64,000 nucleotides of DNA, from contig NC_082706.1 in assembly GCF_030144855.1 (NCBI RefSeq), positions 106,640,001 to 106,704,000 on the forward strand. The letters run 5' to 3'. Below the pieces are notes generated by a model. The model saw only the letters and a program-made list of their open reading frames with translations, did not search any database and had not been told where the DNA came from. Below are positions 24,476 through 38,152 of this stretch, in pieces. A program made the position numbers and the translations under genes. The first letter of the stretch is position 1. Every line of letters starts with the position of its first letter. The stretch comes from Hypanus sabinus. Its lineage: Eukaryota.

Positions 24476-25116
24476 CCACCCTATCTATGCCTCTCCTAAT
24501 CTTGTAGACCTCTATCAAGTTGCCTGCCATTCTTCTACGCTCTACAGAGAAAAGTCCCAGCTCTGCTAACCTTGCTTCATATGACTTGTTCTCCAAAGCA
24601 GGCAACATCCTGGTAAATCTCCTCTGCACCCTCTCCATAGCTTCCACATCCTTCCTATAATTAGGTGACCAGAATTGAACTCAATACTCTAAGTACAGTC
24701 TCACCAGAGATTTGTAGAGTTGCAACATGACCTCTCTACTCTTGAACTCAATCCCCCTATTAATGAAGCCTGGCATCTCATAGGTCTTCTTAACTACCCT
24801 ATCAACCTGCGCAGTGACCTTGAGGGATGTATGGACAGGAATCCCAAGGTCCCTTTGTTCATCCACACTCTTAAGTAACTGACCATTAATCCTGTACTCA
24901 GTCTTCTGGTTTGTCCTTCCAAAATGCATCACCTCACACTTATCCGGATTGAACTCCATCTGTCATTTTTCTGCCCAACTCTGCAGCCTGCCTATAACCT
25001 CCTATAACCTTCGACAACCTGCAGCTCCATCCACAACTCCTCCAATCTTCGTGTCATCCGCAAACTTACTCACCCATCCTTCCGCCACGACATCCAGGTC
25101 ATTTATAAAAATCACA
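24476..25116 (-). mobile_element. CR1 RT fragment
   Basis: MEFNPDKCEVMHFGRTN..LQLYKSLVR; [11 protein letters not shown]. Confidence 0.88.
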
Positions 25117-25196
25117 GATTTTTCTTGGAGAAGACAATAAAAATAGGGCTGAAAGAGAAAACCAATCTGATATGTTTAAATGGCTGAGCTGACTCA

Positions 25197-25465
25197 TAGA
25201 AACATAGAAAACCGACAGCACAATACAGGCCTTTCAGCCCACAATGCGGTGCCAAACATGCACTTACTCTAGGGTTACTCATAGACCTCTATTTTTTAAG
25301 CTCCATGTACCTATCCAGGAGTCTCTTAAAAGACCCTTTCATCTCTGCCTCCACCACCATTCCCGGCAGCCCATTCCACGCACTCACCACCCTCTGCGTA
25401 AAAACTTAGCCCTTATATCTCCTCTGTACTTACTTCAAAGCGCCTTAAAACTGTGCCTTCTCATG
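25197..25465 (-). mobile_element. CR1-A 3' terminus, truncated by a rearrangement junction
   Basis: Tail TAGAAACATAGAAAAC directly after GCTGACTCA (25188-25196); same junction at 59063-59071. Confidence 0.85.
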
Positions 25466-25506
25466 TCGCCACTCAGGCTCCTTTATTCCGTGGAAAACAT
25501 TCCCGA

Positions 25507-25920
25507 CCAATAGAACCATAGAACACTACAGCACAGCACAGGACTTCAGCCCTCCATGTTGTGCCGACCCATATAATCCTTTAAAAAAAGTACTAAACCC
25601 ACGCTACCCCATAACTCTTCATTTTACTTTCATCCATGTTCCTGTCCAAGAGGCTCTTAAATACCCCTAACGTTTTAGCCTCCACCACCATCCCTGGCAA
25701 GTCATTCCACGTACTCACCACCCTCTGCGTAAAAAAACTTACCCCTTATATCTCCTCTGTACTTACTTCGAAGCGCCTTAAAACTGTGCCTTCTCTTGTA
25801 AGGCATTTCAGCCCTGGGAAAATGCCTCTGGCTATCCACATGAGCAATGCCTCACCTCATCTTGTACACCTCTATCAGATCACCTCTCATCCTGCGTCGC
25901 TCCAAGGAGAAAAGCCCAAG
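25507..25920 (-). mobile_element. Chimeric CR1 (CR1-B tail, CR1-A body); target of the L1 insertion
   Basis: 25507-~25708 matches 11270-11470; the remainder matches 4880-5100 and continues at 31913. Confidence 0.75.
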
Positions 25921-26091
25921 CTGAGGTCAGCAGGAGACGCTCATGGAGTGAGCACAGTTTCAGACTTGCTCCATAACCTTTACTTTTTTTAACCTATGAT
26001 CATCCTTATTTAACTTACTTTTACCTACTCCAAAAGATTCTTGCAACCTTTTTGGACTTATCTCTAAGAGTCTATTGTGAATTTTGAAGAA

Positions 26092-26923
26092 ATGAGTACA
26101 GAAATGGCTTTGAGATCTAAAGGGTGAGAACCTGGGAAAAATCCTAACGGGAACGGAAAGAAGAAAAAGACCGATCCTAAGCGCACTGAATTGACTTATG
26201 AAATGTTATTGGAGCTTTTAAATGAAAAATTTGAAGAACAATGACAAATTTTCAAACAAGATATAAAGGCTTTTCAGGATTCAGTAGTTAACCAGCAGCA
26301 AGCTCTAATCGCAACTTTGCAAGAGGACGCTTGGAAACAAGACTTGATAATCGAAAAACTGGAGCAGAAATTATCTTCGACGATTAAACAGGTGGAAACA
26401 CTTAAAGCCAAGAGTGTCGACTTTGAAAATCGGCCCAGAAGACAGAACTTAAGCATACTTGGTCTCCCGGAAGGTATTGAACAAGGGGCCCCTCAAGATA
26501 ATTTGCTCAACTTTTAAAGGATGCGTTCCCTTCTGTATTCCCAGACAGTCCTCCGTTACTTGATCGCGCTCACAGAATTATGCGTCGATCAAGTTCTTCA
26601 GCTAAACCACCGGATGTAATTATCCGATTTCACTATGTGCATGTTAAAGAGCAAATTATTCATGTGGCTCGGCGTGTAGGGCTGGTCAAATTCCAAGAAT
26701 TCGATTAGTGGAGGATTTTAGTCCAGAGGTAATGAAGGCAAGGCTTCTTTTTAAACCTCTGATGTCCGAATGTTATGAGAAAAATCTAAAACCTGCGCTC
26801 TTATACCCTGCGAAGCTCAGAATCTCACCTCCCAATGCATCACGGCGTGATTTCCTTCCTACAACTGAAGCTCGAAGCTTTCTGAATGAGAACTACCCTA
26901 CTGCTTCGGATTCCCGTCTCTAA
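26092..26923 (+). pseudogene. L1 ORF1p (coiled coil + RRM/CTD), two TGA stops and frameshifts
   Basis: DFENRPRRQNLSILGLPEG and EDFSPEVMKAR..ALLYPAKLRI motifs. Confidence 0.85.
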
Positions 26924-27683
26924 TAAATGAGTGACTTTGATTGTTACAAGATAGTTTTTGTTTCCAAAACCAGATTTTGTTTCTGGCTATTGGTGTACGT
27001 TTACTCTATATTTTATTCTCTAATTAACGTTTTTTTTCGACGTACCAATCTTTTTATTTTACTTACTTTAACCACTGTACTTTATATTTGGTCATTATTA
27101 ATCCTTCGAAGGTGAATTTTTTATACTAAGATGGCGGTTTCTTCTCTAAAATATTTTTGGCTTTTTTTTATTTCGCCAATTTTTTTTCTCTTGTCTTCTT
27201 CCTATAATGCATTCCTTATCACAGTTTAATTTTTTTTTGTTTTATTTGGGTTTTAACCCGATTTATAAGTTACTAGTGATTATATTCTTTTTGTTTTTTT
27301 TTAACTAACAATTATACTAAGAAGATTGGTTTTAGTATAGTGATCATTTTTTTTCAGAGTTTGGGTGGATTTTTTTCCCCTTTATATACGGAGTTGCCTT
27401 CTGCTGATATGGGGATAGATTTAGTTTCATTCCTCTTTCTTCCCAGCCTTCTCCTGACTGGAGAGGAGCTTTCTCTTCTTGGGTGGGGAGTGAGGATTTT
27501 TTCTAAATCTAATATTCTTTTTATCAGTTTTTTTTAGTTTTTTCATTTGGGCTATTTTAAACTACTAAAATGTCCACGATGTCATCATTTCCGGGTCCGC
27601 CCCCTTATTTTTGTTCCTCTTCCGGGTGCATGAGTTCATAATTTGGTTAACCCTTTATATACCAAAGGGTTGATTTCAGAAAT

Positions 27684-30600
27684 ATGGCTCAGACCATTGA
27701 TTTTGTCTCTTGGAATACTAATGGCTTAAACCATCCGATTAAACGGAAAAAGATTTTCAAAGTATTCCAAAGACTGAATGCACATATTATTTTTGTACAA
27801 AAAACTCATGAGGAAAGAGGACATTCATTGTTTTTTTTAGGTTTGGGGGGGTCAACAATACCATTTGAATTCGAATGCTAAAGTAAAGGGAGTTTCAATT
27901 TTTATTGACTCCTCTATTGCATTTGTCCAACACGATATTTTTTCGGATCCGAATGGTAGATTTTTGTTAATTACTGGGTTACTTTTTAACAAAAAGGTTG
28001 CTATGGTTAATGTTTATGCTTCAAATTTGGATTGTCCTGATTTTTTTAAGTCCTTATTTACTTCTCTACCTAATCTAAATGAATTTGGGTTAATAATGGG
28101 TGGTGACTTTAATTGTTGTTTAAATCCTTTGTTGGAAATATCTATATCTATTCAGACTTTACCTAGTATGTCGGCCACTTATATTAACTCTTTTTTGACT
28201 GATAATGGAATTTTTGATATTTGGAGATTTTGGCATTCTAAGGACAAAGAGTTTTCATTATCATTCTTACTCAAGAATTGATTATTTTTTTATTGACTCT
28301 TGTTTTATTCAATCGGTAATTGGTTGTAATTATGATATTATAGCCATCTCTGACCATGCTCCATTAAAATTTTCTATTAAATTTATGGATACAGCTTCTA
28401 GTGCTAGACAATGGCGATTTGATTCTACCTTACTGCATTATTCCAAATTTTATTTGGAATACCGGATTTTATTAAGTTTATGAAGGAACAGATCAATTTC
28501 TTCTTTTCAACTAATTCCACAGATGATATTTCTTGTGGAACACTTTGGGACACTTTTAAAGCATATATACGTGGACAGATTAAATCCTATTCTGTTGGTT
28601 TGAGAAAACGCATTAAGAAGGAAACTCTTTTATTGGTTGATAAAATTAAAGAGATTGACAAGAAATATTTGACTGTTCCTAGTAAGGAGTTTTACAAACA
28701 AAGGGTTGAACTTCAAATGGAACATAGTTTATTACTTACATCTTCGATTGAAAATCAATTAATGAAAACCAGATCTGATTTTTATATACATAGTGATAAA
28801 TCGGGTAAACTGTTAGCTAGTCAATTGAAGAATGCTTTAGTTAAACACCAAATTATTAAGATTCGTCAGCAGAATGGGGATTTGACAGTTAACCATGATG
28901 AGATAAACAAATCTTTTCAAGATTTTTATACCTCCCTCTATCATTCTGAATTCCCTCATGATTATAATATCATGTATGATTTTCTTGGGAAATTGAATTT
29001 TCCAAAATTATCATCAGATGATCTTTCAATATTAGAAACTCCTATTACGGATGCAAAAATTAAAGGGGTTATTTCCTCTATGAATTCTGGGAAAGCACCA
29101 GCTCCAGATGGGTATACAGTAGAATTTTTAAAATGTTTTTCCTCAACTCTTTCTCCTTGGTTATGCAGGGTTTTTGAAGAAGCAATCAGATTGGGTAATC
29201 TGCCACAATCTTTTTATAGAGCTTCCATTTCTTTAATATTGAAGAAAGATAAAGACCCTACTGACTGTGCATCCTATAGACCAATATCCTTATTGAATGT
29301 AAATTCCAAGATCTTTTCCAAGTTACAGGCATCCAGGATGGAGAAGGTATTACCTCAAATTATCTCGGAAAATCAAACTGGTTTTATTAAAAATCGCTAT
29401 TCTTTTTTCAATGTTAGGAGATTATTGAATATTGTTTATAATCCTTCACATAGCACTTCAGAATGTGTCATTTCATTAGATAAGGAGAAAGCATTTGATA
29501 GAGTTGAATGGCCATACCAATTTACTGTGCTTGAGAAGTTTAATTTTAGTCCAACATTTATTTCCTGGATTAAACTGATATATCATACTCCAGTAGCCTC
29601 GGTTTTTACTAACAATCAAAGATCTCCCTTTTTTCGTTTATTTTGGGGTACTAGACAAGGCTGTCCTCTTAGTCCATTATTACTTGATATTTCTTTAGAA
29701 CCCTTGGCAATTGCTATCAGAGAATCACCAAACATTTTTGGCATTACTCGTGGGACGGATATGCATAAGTTATCATGATATGCAGATCATTTATTATTAT
29801 TTATTTCTGATCCTGAGAAATCCATTCCTGCAGTTATATCATTGTTGGCTCAATTTAGTAATTTTTCCGGGTATAAATTAAATCTTAATAAGAGTGGATT
29901 GTCTCCTTTAAATAGACAGGTTCCAATTTATGGAAATTTACCTTTTAAATTAGTTAATGACTCTTTTATTTACTTAGGGATTAAAATCACAAAAAAATTA
30001 TAAGGACTTATTTAAGGTTAATTTTTTACCCCTAATTGATCAGATTAAATGTTTGTTTACTAAATGGTCACCATTATCTTTATCTCTGATAGGTCGGATT
30101 AATGCTATTAAGATAGTTATTTTACCCAAGTTCTTATTTATATTTCAAGCGGTACCAATTTTTATTCCGAAATCTTTTTTTGCTACTGTTGATTCAAAAA
30201 TTTCCTCATATATATGGCAGAATAAAAATCCTAGATTAGGTAAAAGATATTTATAGAAGGCAGTGAAGGAAGGTGGATTGGCATTGCTTAATTTTAAATT
30301 TTTTTATTGGGCAGTCAATATCCGATATTTGATATGTTGGTTAAGGGATTGGGATTTATCCTTTAGCCCTCATTCGGTTAACCTGGAAATTAAATCTGCA
30401 CAAGGATTTTCACTGGGTTCTATTTTAGGGTCTTCTCTTCCCTTTGCTCTTTCTAAATTGCAGAAACGAATTGACAATCCAATAGTTAAACTTACTTTAC
30501 GTATATGGTATCAATTTCGGAAAATTTTTGGGTTGACTCAGATTGTTTTAAATATCCCTATTGTATCCAATTGCTTTTTTATCCTTCTATTATAGTCCAA

Positions 30601-31474
30601 GCTTATTCAGTTTGGAAGACTAAAGGATTACTACGATTTTCTGATTTATTTTTGGATAATTGTTTTATGTCTTTTGAACAATTATCTAATAAATATAATT
30701 TGCCTAGATTTCATTTTTTTTTTAGATATTTACAGATTAGGAATTTCTTAAATACTGTACTTCCTACCATTCCAAATCTTGTGTATTCCGGTATTTTGGA
30801 GAATTTGCTAGAACTAAATCCTTCTCAGAAAGGGGTAATATCAAAACTCTACAATATAATTATGAAGATACGTTCAGAGCCCTTCTATAAGATTAAAAAT
30901 GATTGGGAAAGAGAACTTAACCTTACTATCCCGAATTGAGAATTGGGATAAAATTCTTCAATTAGTTAATTCATCATCTATATGTGCTAAATATTCATTA
31001 ATACAGTTTAAATTTGTGCACAGGGCTCATATGTCCAAGGATAAATTGGCGCATATTTATTCCTATATAAATCCTATTTGTGACAGATGTCATTCTGAGG
31101 GAGCGTCTTTAACTCATATGTTTTGGTCTTGTCCGCTTTTGAAAAAATATTGGAAAGACATTTTTGATATTATTTCCATGGTATTGAACATTCATTTACA
31201 ACCTCATCCTATTACTACAATTTTTGGTTTACCAATGATGCACTCAGTCCATTTTTTCTCTTCTGCTTGTCGAATGATTGCATTTCTTACATTAATGGCT
31301 AGAAGATCTATTTTGTTGAATTGGAAGGAAATTAATCCTCCTACCATATTTCATTGGTTTTCTCAAACTATGTTATGTCTAAATTTAGAAAAAATTATAA
31401 GTGTTGTATTTGATACTTCTATTAAATTTGAAAAGAAATGGAGACCATTGATTAATTATTTTCATATGATGTAA
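27684..31474 (+). pseudogene. L1 ORF2p (APE endonuclease, RT, CCHC), multiply disrupted
   Basis: SWNTNGLNHPIKRKKI, MGGDFNCCL, SRIDYFF, SDHAPL, YRPISLLN, QGCPLSP, CDRC..HMFWSC. Confidence 0.92.
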
Positions 31475-31912
31475 TGTGACCCTGTTCCAAGCCTATTTGT
31501 TTTTCCAGTTTTGATTTTACTTATGCTGAAAGGATTGGAGTTGATGACACTGATGATTTAGTATTTTTGTTAGATATTATAAACAGCCCTTTTTTCATTA
31601 ATTTTTTCCTTTTTTTCTTTTTTCATTTTTTCCTTATTAGTTATTAGGTTGTTAGATTAGTTTTTCTAGCATAATTTTTTTCTTTTTCCCTTTTCTGTTT
31701 TTTAAAATATATATTATGATTATACCTAGGTTTGCTTTGTTTATATGTTACTTGTATCGTCCATGATTTGGGAAGACTCATTTATATTGTAACTATTGGT
31801 TATGTATCCTTTCATGTTCAGTTTAAATTTGTATGGTTGTAATCCCATTATCTATGTATTAATCTTATTATGTTATATTAATAATAATAATGTTTGAAAA
31901 AGAAAGAAAGAA

Positions 31913-33438
31913 AGAAAAGCCCAAGTTCACTCAACCTATTCTCATAAGGCATGCTCCCCAATCCAGGCAACATCCTTGTAAATCTCCTCTGCACCCTTTC
32001 TGTAGTTTCCACGTCCTTCCTGTAGTCAGGTGACCAGAACTGAGCACAGTACTCCAAGTGGGGTCACATCAGGGTCCTATATAGCTGCAACATTACCCCT
32101 CAGCTCTTAAACTCAGTCCCACAGTTGATGAAGGCTGATGCACCGTATGGCTTCTTGACCACAGAGTCAATCTGTGTAGCAGCTTTGAGTGTCTTATGGA
32201 CTCGAACCCCAAGATCCCTCTAATCCTCCACACTGCCAAGAGTCTTACCATTAATACTATATTCTGCCATCGTACTTGACCTACCAAAATGAACCACTTC
32301 ACACTTATCTGGGTTTAACTCCATCTGCAACTTCTCAGCCCAGTTTTGCATCTTATCAATGCCCGGCTGTAACCTCTGACAGGCCTACACACTATCCGCA
32401 ACACCCCCAACATTTGTGTCATCAGCAAATTTACTAAACCATTATTCCATTTCCCTTCCAAGTCATTTATAAAAATTACAAAGACTAGAGGTCTCAGAAC
32501 AGATCCCTGAGGCACGCCATTGGACACTGACCTTCATGCAGAATATAACCCATTTACAACCACTCTTTGCCTTCTGTGGTCAAACCAATTCGGGATCCAC
32601 AAAGCAATGTCCCCTTGGATACCATGCCTCCTTAACCTCTCTGTGAGCCTTGCATTGAATACCTTATCAAATTCCTTGCTGAAATCTATATACACTACAT
32701 CTCCCTGTCTACCTTTATCAATGTGTTTAGTCACATCTTCAAAAAATGCAGTCAAGCTCGTAAGGCACAACCATCCTTTCACAAAGTCATGCTGACAATT
32801 CCTAACCATATTAGCCTCTCCAAATGATCATAAATCCTGCCTCTCAGGATCTTCTCTATCAAATTACCAACCACTGAAATAAGACTCACTGGTCTATAAT
32901 TTCCTGGGCTAACCTTTCTCCCTCTCTTGAATACGGGAACAATATCTGCAACACTTAACCCTCCAGAATCTCTCCTGTTCTCATTGACGATGCGAAGATC
33001 ATCGTCATAGGCTCAGCAATCTCCTCCTTCACCTCCCACAGTATCCTTGGGCAGATCTCATCCTGTTCCGGTGACTTATCCAAATGAATGCTTTCCAAAA
33101 GCTCCAGAACATCCTCTTCCTTAATATCTACATGCTCAAGCTTTTCAGTCTACTGGAAGTCATCCCTACATTCACCAAGATCCTTTTCCATAGTGAATAC
33201 TGAAGCAAAGTATTCATTAAATGCCTCTGCTATCTCGTCTGGTTCCACACACCCTTTTCCATTGTCGCACTTGATTGGTCCTACTCTCTCACATCTTATC
33301 CTCTCCTCTTGTTCCTCACATATTTGTAGAATGCCTTGTGGTTTTCCTTAATCCTGTTCACCACGGCCTTCTCCTGACCCATTCTGACTCTGCTAATTTC
33401 ATGCTTCAGCTCCTTCCTGCTAGCCTTATAACCTGCTA
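31913..33438 (-). mobile_element. CR1-A RT fragment (paralogue of 2548-4084)
   Basis: About 5-6% divergent from 2548-3000 by hand count. Confidence 0.9.
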
Positions 33439-34065
33439 GATCTCTATCATACTTAGCCATAAAAGTTAATTTCTTTATGTGGAGGATAGTGAGCTGCCTA
33501 AGAAAGTGGTTGAGTTCATGCATTTGTAATATTGAAGAGGTATTTAAATGGGTACATGGAAGGAAAGGTGTTGAAGGACTATGAGTCAAATGCAGCAGCT
33601 GGAACTAGCAGGGAAGTTGTTGTCAGCATGGACCATTGGGCCCAAAGGGCCTATATCCATACTCTGTTACTCAATGGTTCTATGAAATAAAAACTTAAAA
33701 TGCTTAAAATCCTCAAATGGACACATGGCATCTCTGTAAAGAGAAACAGAGTTGAGGGAGGTCAAAGATAGTTTAAAAGCAAAAGAGAAGGCAGGAAGTC
33801 TGCAAAAGGACTAGGACAGATTTGGAGAATGGACAAAAAAGAGGCAGATGGAACGCAGTGTAGGGAAGTCTATGGCCATGCACTTTGGTAGAGAGTATAA
33901 AGGCACAGACTGTTCTCTAAACAAAGAGAGAATGAAAATGCAAGAGGATTCCCTGAATGCTAATTTGCTCTATGAGTCAATAGTGGAGGAGGGAAATGCA
34001 ATGTTAGCAATCAATTCAAGAGGACTAGAGTGTAATCAGAATAGAATGAGAATCAGGTTTGTATC

Positions 34066-37000
34066 ATAGAACCATAGAACACTACAGCACAGTACAGGCC
34101 CTTCAGCCCTCCATGTTGTGCCGCCCCATATAATCCTTAAAAAAAATACTAAAACCACACTTCCCCATAACCCTTCATTTTTCTTTCATCCATGTTCCTG
34201 TCCAAGAGGCTCTTAAATACCCCTAATGTTTTAGCCTCCACCACCATCCCTGGCAAGTCATTCCATGCACTCACCAACCTCTGCGTAAAAAACTTACCCC
34301 TTATATCTCCTCCGTACTTACTTCGAAGCGCCTTAAAACTGTGCCTTCTCATGTAAGGCATTTCAGCCCTGGGAATATGCCTCTGACTATCCACACGATC
34401 AATGCCTCGCCTCATCTTGTACACTTCTATCAGGTCACCTCTCATCCTCTGTCGCTCCAAGGAGAAAAGCCCAACTTCACTCAACCTATTCTCATAAGGC
34501 ATGCTCCCCAATCCAGGCAACATCCTTGTAAATCTCCTCTGAATCCTTTCTATGGTTTCCACATCCTTCCTGTAGTCAGGTGACCAGAACAGAGCACAGT
34601 ACTCCAAGTGGGGTCACACCAGGATCCTATTTAGCTGCAACATTACCCCTCAGCTCTTAAACTCAGTCCCACAGTTGATGAAGGCCAGTGCACCATATGA
34701 CTTCTTGACCACAGAGTCAATCTGCGTAGCAGCCTTGAGTGTCTTATGGAATCGAACCCCAAGATCACTCTGATCCTCCACACTGCCAAGAGTCTTACCA
34801 TTAATACTATATTCTGCCATCGTACTTGACCTACCAAAATGAACCAATTCACACTTATCTGGGTTTAACTCCATCTGCCACTTCTCAGCCCAGTTTTGCA
34901 TCTTATCAATGCCCGGCTGTAACCTCTGACAGGCCTCCACACTATCCACAACATCCCCAACATTTGTGTCATCAGCAAATTTACTAACCCATTCCTCCAC
35001 TTCCCTTCCAAGTCATTTATAAAAATCACAAAGACTAGAGGTCCCAGAACAGATCCCTGAGGCACGCCATTCAACACTGACCTTCATGCAGAATATGACC
35101 CGTTTACAGCCACTCTTTGCCTTCTGTGGTCAAACCAATTCTGGATCCACAAAGCAATGTCCCCTTGTATACCATGCCTCCTTAACCTCTCTATGAGCCT
35201 TGCATTGGGTACCTTACCAAATTCCTTGCTGAAATCCATATACACTACATCTCCCTCTCTACCTTTATCAATGTGTTTAGTCACATCCTCAAAAAATGCA
35301 GTCAAGCTCGTAAGGCACAACCATCCTTTCACAAGATCATGCAGACAATTCCTAATCATATTAGCCTCTCCAAATTATCATAAATCCTGCCTCTCAGGAT
35401 CTTCTCTATTAAATTACCAACCACTGAAGTAAGACTCACTGGTCTACAATTTCCTGGCTATCTCAACTCCCTTTCTTGAATCAGGGAACAATATCTGCAA
35501 CACTCCAACCCTCTGGAATCTCTCCTGTTTTCATTGACAATGTGAAGATCATCGCTAGAGGCTCAGCAATCTCCTCCTTTGCCTCCCACAGTATCCTGGG
35601 GCAGATCTCTTCCAGTTCCGGTGACTTACCCAACTGGATGCTTTCCCAAAGCTCAAGATCATCCTCTTCCCTAATATCTACGTGCTCAAGCTTTTCAGTC
35701 TACTGGAAGTCTTCCCTACAATCACCAAGATCCTTTTCCATAGTGAATACTGAAGCAAAGTATTCATTAAATACCTCTGCTATCTCCTCTGGTTCCACAC
35801 ACACTTTTCCACTGTCGCACTTGATTGGTCCTACTCTCTCACATCTTATCCTCTTGTTCGTCACATATTTGTAGAATGCCTTGTGGTTTTCCTTAATCCT
35901 GTCTGCCAAGGCCTTCTCCCGACCCATTCTGGCTCTGCTGATTTCATACTTAATCTCCTTTCTACTAGCCTTATAACTTTCTAGATCTCTATCATACCTA
36001 GTTTTTTGAATATTTCGTAAGCTCTTCTTTTATTCTTGACTAGGTTTACAACAGCCTTTGTACACCACAGTTCCTGTACCCTACCAGACATTCCCTGTCT
36101 CTTTGTAATGTATCTATGCAGAACCCCACAAAAATGTCCTCTGAACATTTCCAACATTTCTTTTGTACATTTCCCTGAGAACATCTGTTTTCAATTTATG
36201 CTTCCAAGTTCCTGCCTGGTAGCCTCTTAATTCCCCTTACTCCAATTAAACTCTTTCCTAACTTGTCTGCTCCTATCCCTCTCCAATGCTATGGGAAAGG
36301 AGATAGAATTGTAATCACTATCTCCAAAAAGCTCTCCCACTGAGGGATCTGACACCTGAACAGGTTAATTTCCCAGCACCAGATCTAGTACAGCCTCTCC
36401 TCTTGTAGGCTTATCTACATTTTGTGTCAAAAAACCTTCCCAAACATAACTAACATATTCTACCCCATCTAAAACCCTCGCTCTAGGGAGATGCCAATCT
36501 ATATTTTGGAAATTAAAGTTTCCCACAACAACAAGCATGATATTAACACATCTTTCCAGAATCTGTCTCTCTATCTGCACCTCAATATCCTTGTTACTAT
36601 TGGGCGGTCTATAAAAAACACCCAGTAGAGTTATTGACCCCTTTCTGTTCCTAACTTCCACCCACAGAGAGTCCGTAGACAATTCCTCCAAAACTTCCTC
36701 CTTTTCTGCAGCCGTGATCAATAGTGCCACGCCCCCACCTCTTTTGCCTCCCTCCCTGTCCTTTCTCAAACATCAAAAGCCTGGTACCTGAAGTAACTAT
36801 TTCTGCCCCTGAGCCATCCAAGTCTCTGTAATGGCCAAAACATCATATCTCCAAATACTGATCCACGCTCAAAGTTCATCCACTTTGTTCATAATACTCC
36901 TTGTATTAAAATAGACAGATCTCAAATCAACGGTCTGAGCATGTCTCTTCTCTATCACCTGATTATCCTCCCTGTTGCACTGTCTCCAAACTTTCCCTAT

Positions 37001-38152
37001 TTGTCAGCCAACCCCCTCTTCCTCCGTCACTTCAGTTCTTTTCCCACCCCTCAGCAATTCTAGCTTAAACTCTTCACAATAGCTTTTGCAAAACTCCCCG
37101 CCAAGATATTGGTCCTCCTGGGATTCAAGTGCAACCCGTCCATTTTGTACACGTCACACATGACCAAAAAGAGGTCCCAATGATCCAGAAATCTGAATCC
37201 CTGCCCTCTGCTCCGATCCCTAAGCCACGCATTTACACTCCATCTCATGCTATTTCTATACTCTCTGTTACATGGCACAGGCAGTAACCCTGAGATTACT
37301 GTCTTTGAGGTCGTGCTTATCAACTTCTTTCCTAACTCCCTGTAGTCTGTTTTCAGGACCTCCTCCTTTTTCCTACCTAGGTCGTTAGTACCAATATGTA
37401 CCACAACCTCCGGCTGTTCTCCTTCCCACTTCAGGATATCATGGACGCAATCAGAAACGCCTCGGACCCTGGCATCTGGGAGGCAACATACCTCCTTGTT
37501 TCTTTCCTGCATCCACAGAATCACCTTTCTGACCCCCCCATAACTATAGAGTCCCCTATAACTGCTGCCATCCTCTTCCTTTCCCTACACCTCTGAGCCA
37601 CAGGGCCAGACACTGTGCCAGACACAGCCACTGTTGCTTCCCCCAAGTAGGTTATCTCCCCCACAGTACTCAAACAGTACGTATTGTTAAGGGGGACACC
37701 CACTAGTACTCTTTAGCATCTTCCTTTTGCCCTTCCCTCTCCTGGCTGATACCCACTTATGTGTCTCCCAAGGCCTCGATTTGACGACCTGCCTATAGCT
37801 CCTTCACTCTCACTCTCACCCCCTCACTCTCCCTGACCAGACGAAGGTTATCGAGCTGCAACTCCATTTCCCTAACGCGGTTCTGAAGGAGTTGCAGATC
37901 GATGCACCTGGCACAGATGTGACCGTCCGGGAGGCTAGGAGTCTCCACGACTTCCCACATCTGACACCGAGCACAGAACACCGGCCTCACACACATAGTT
38001 CCTGTCTGTATTCTACACAGAAAACCTACCTGCCTTCGACCCATATTCGCCGAAGACCCGTTGAGCCAAAGCCTTCCCACTCTGTCGCCCGCTCCTCCCA
38101 CTCCCGCTCTATAAAGCTGACTTCTTTTAAACTCTTCTCGCTGTTCTCACTG
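34066..38152 (-). mobile_element. Near-full-length decayed CR1 (paralogue of 4694-8738)
   Basis: Same ORF1/EN/RT remnants and the same junctions. Confidence 0.92.

Larger units (their letters stand above)
25921..31912 (+). mobile_element. Full-length (~6.0 kb) L1-clade LINE with 13-bp TSD, inactivated
   Basis: TSD AGAAAAGCCCAAG at 25908-25920 and 31913-31925; 5' UTR, ORF1, ~760-bp T-rich spacer, ORF2, tail. Confidence 0.94.

Noticed and set aside
25465-25466. Germline RAG-mediated deletion as the cause of the ghost V
   Set aside because: The breakpoint corresponds to a position about 520 bp past the nonamer and lies inside a CR1, not at a heptamer
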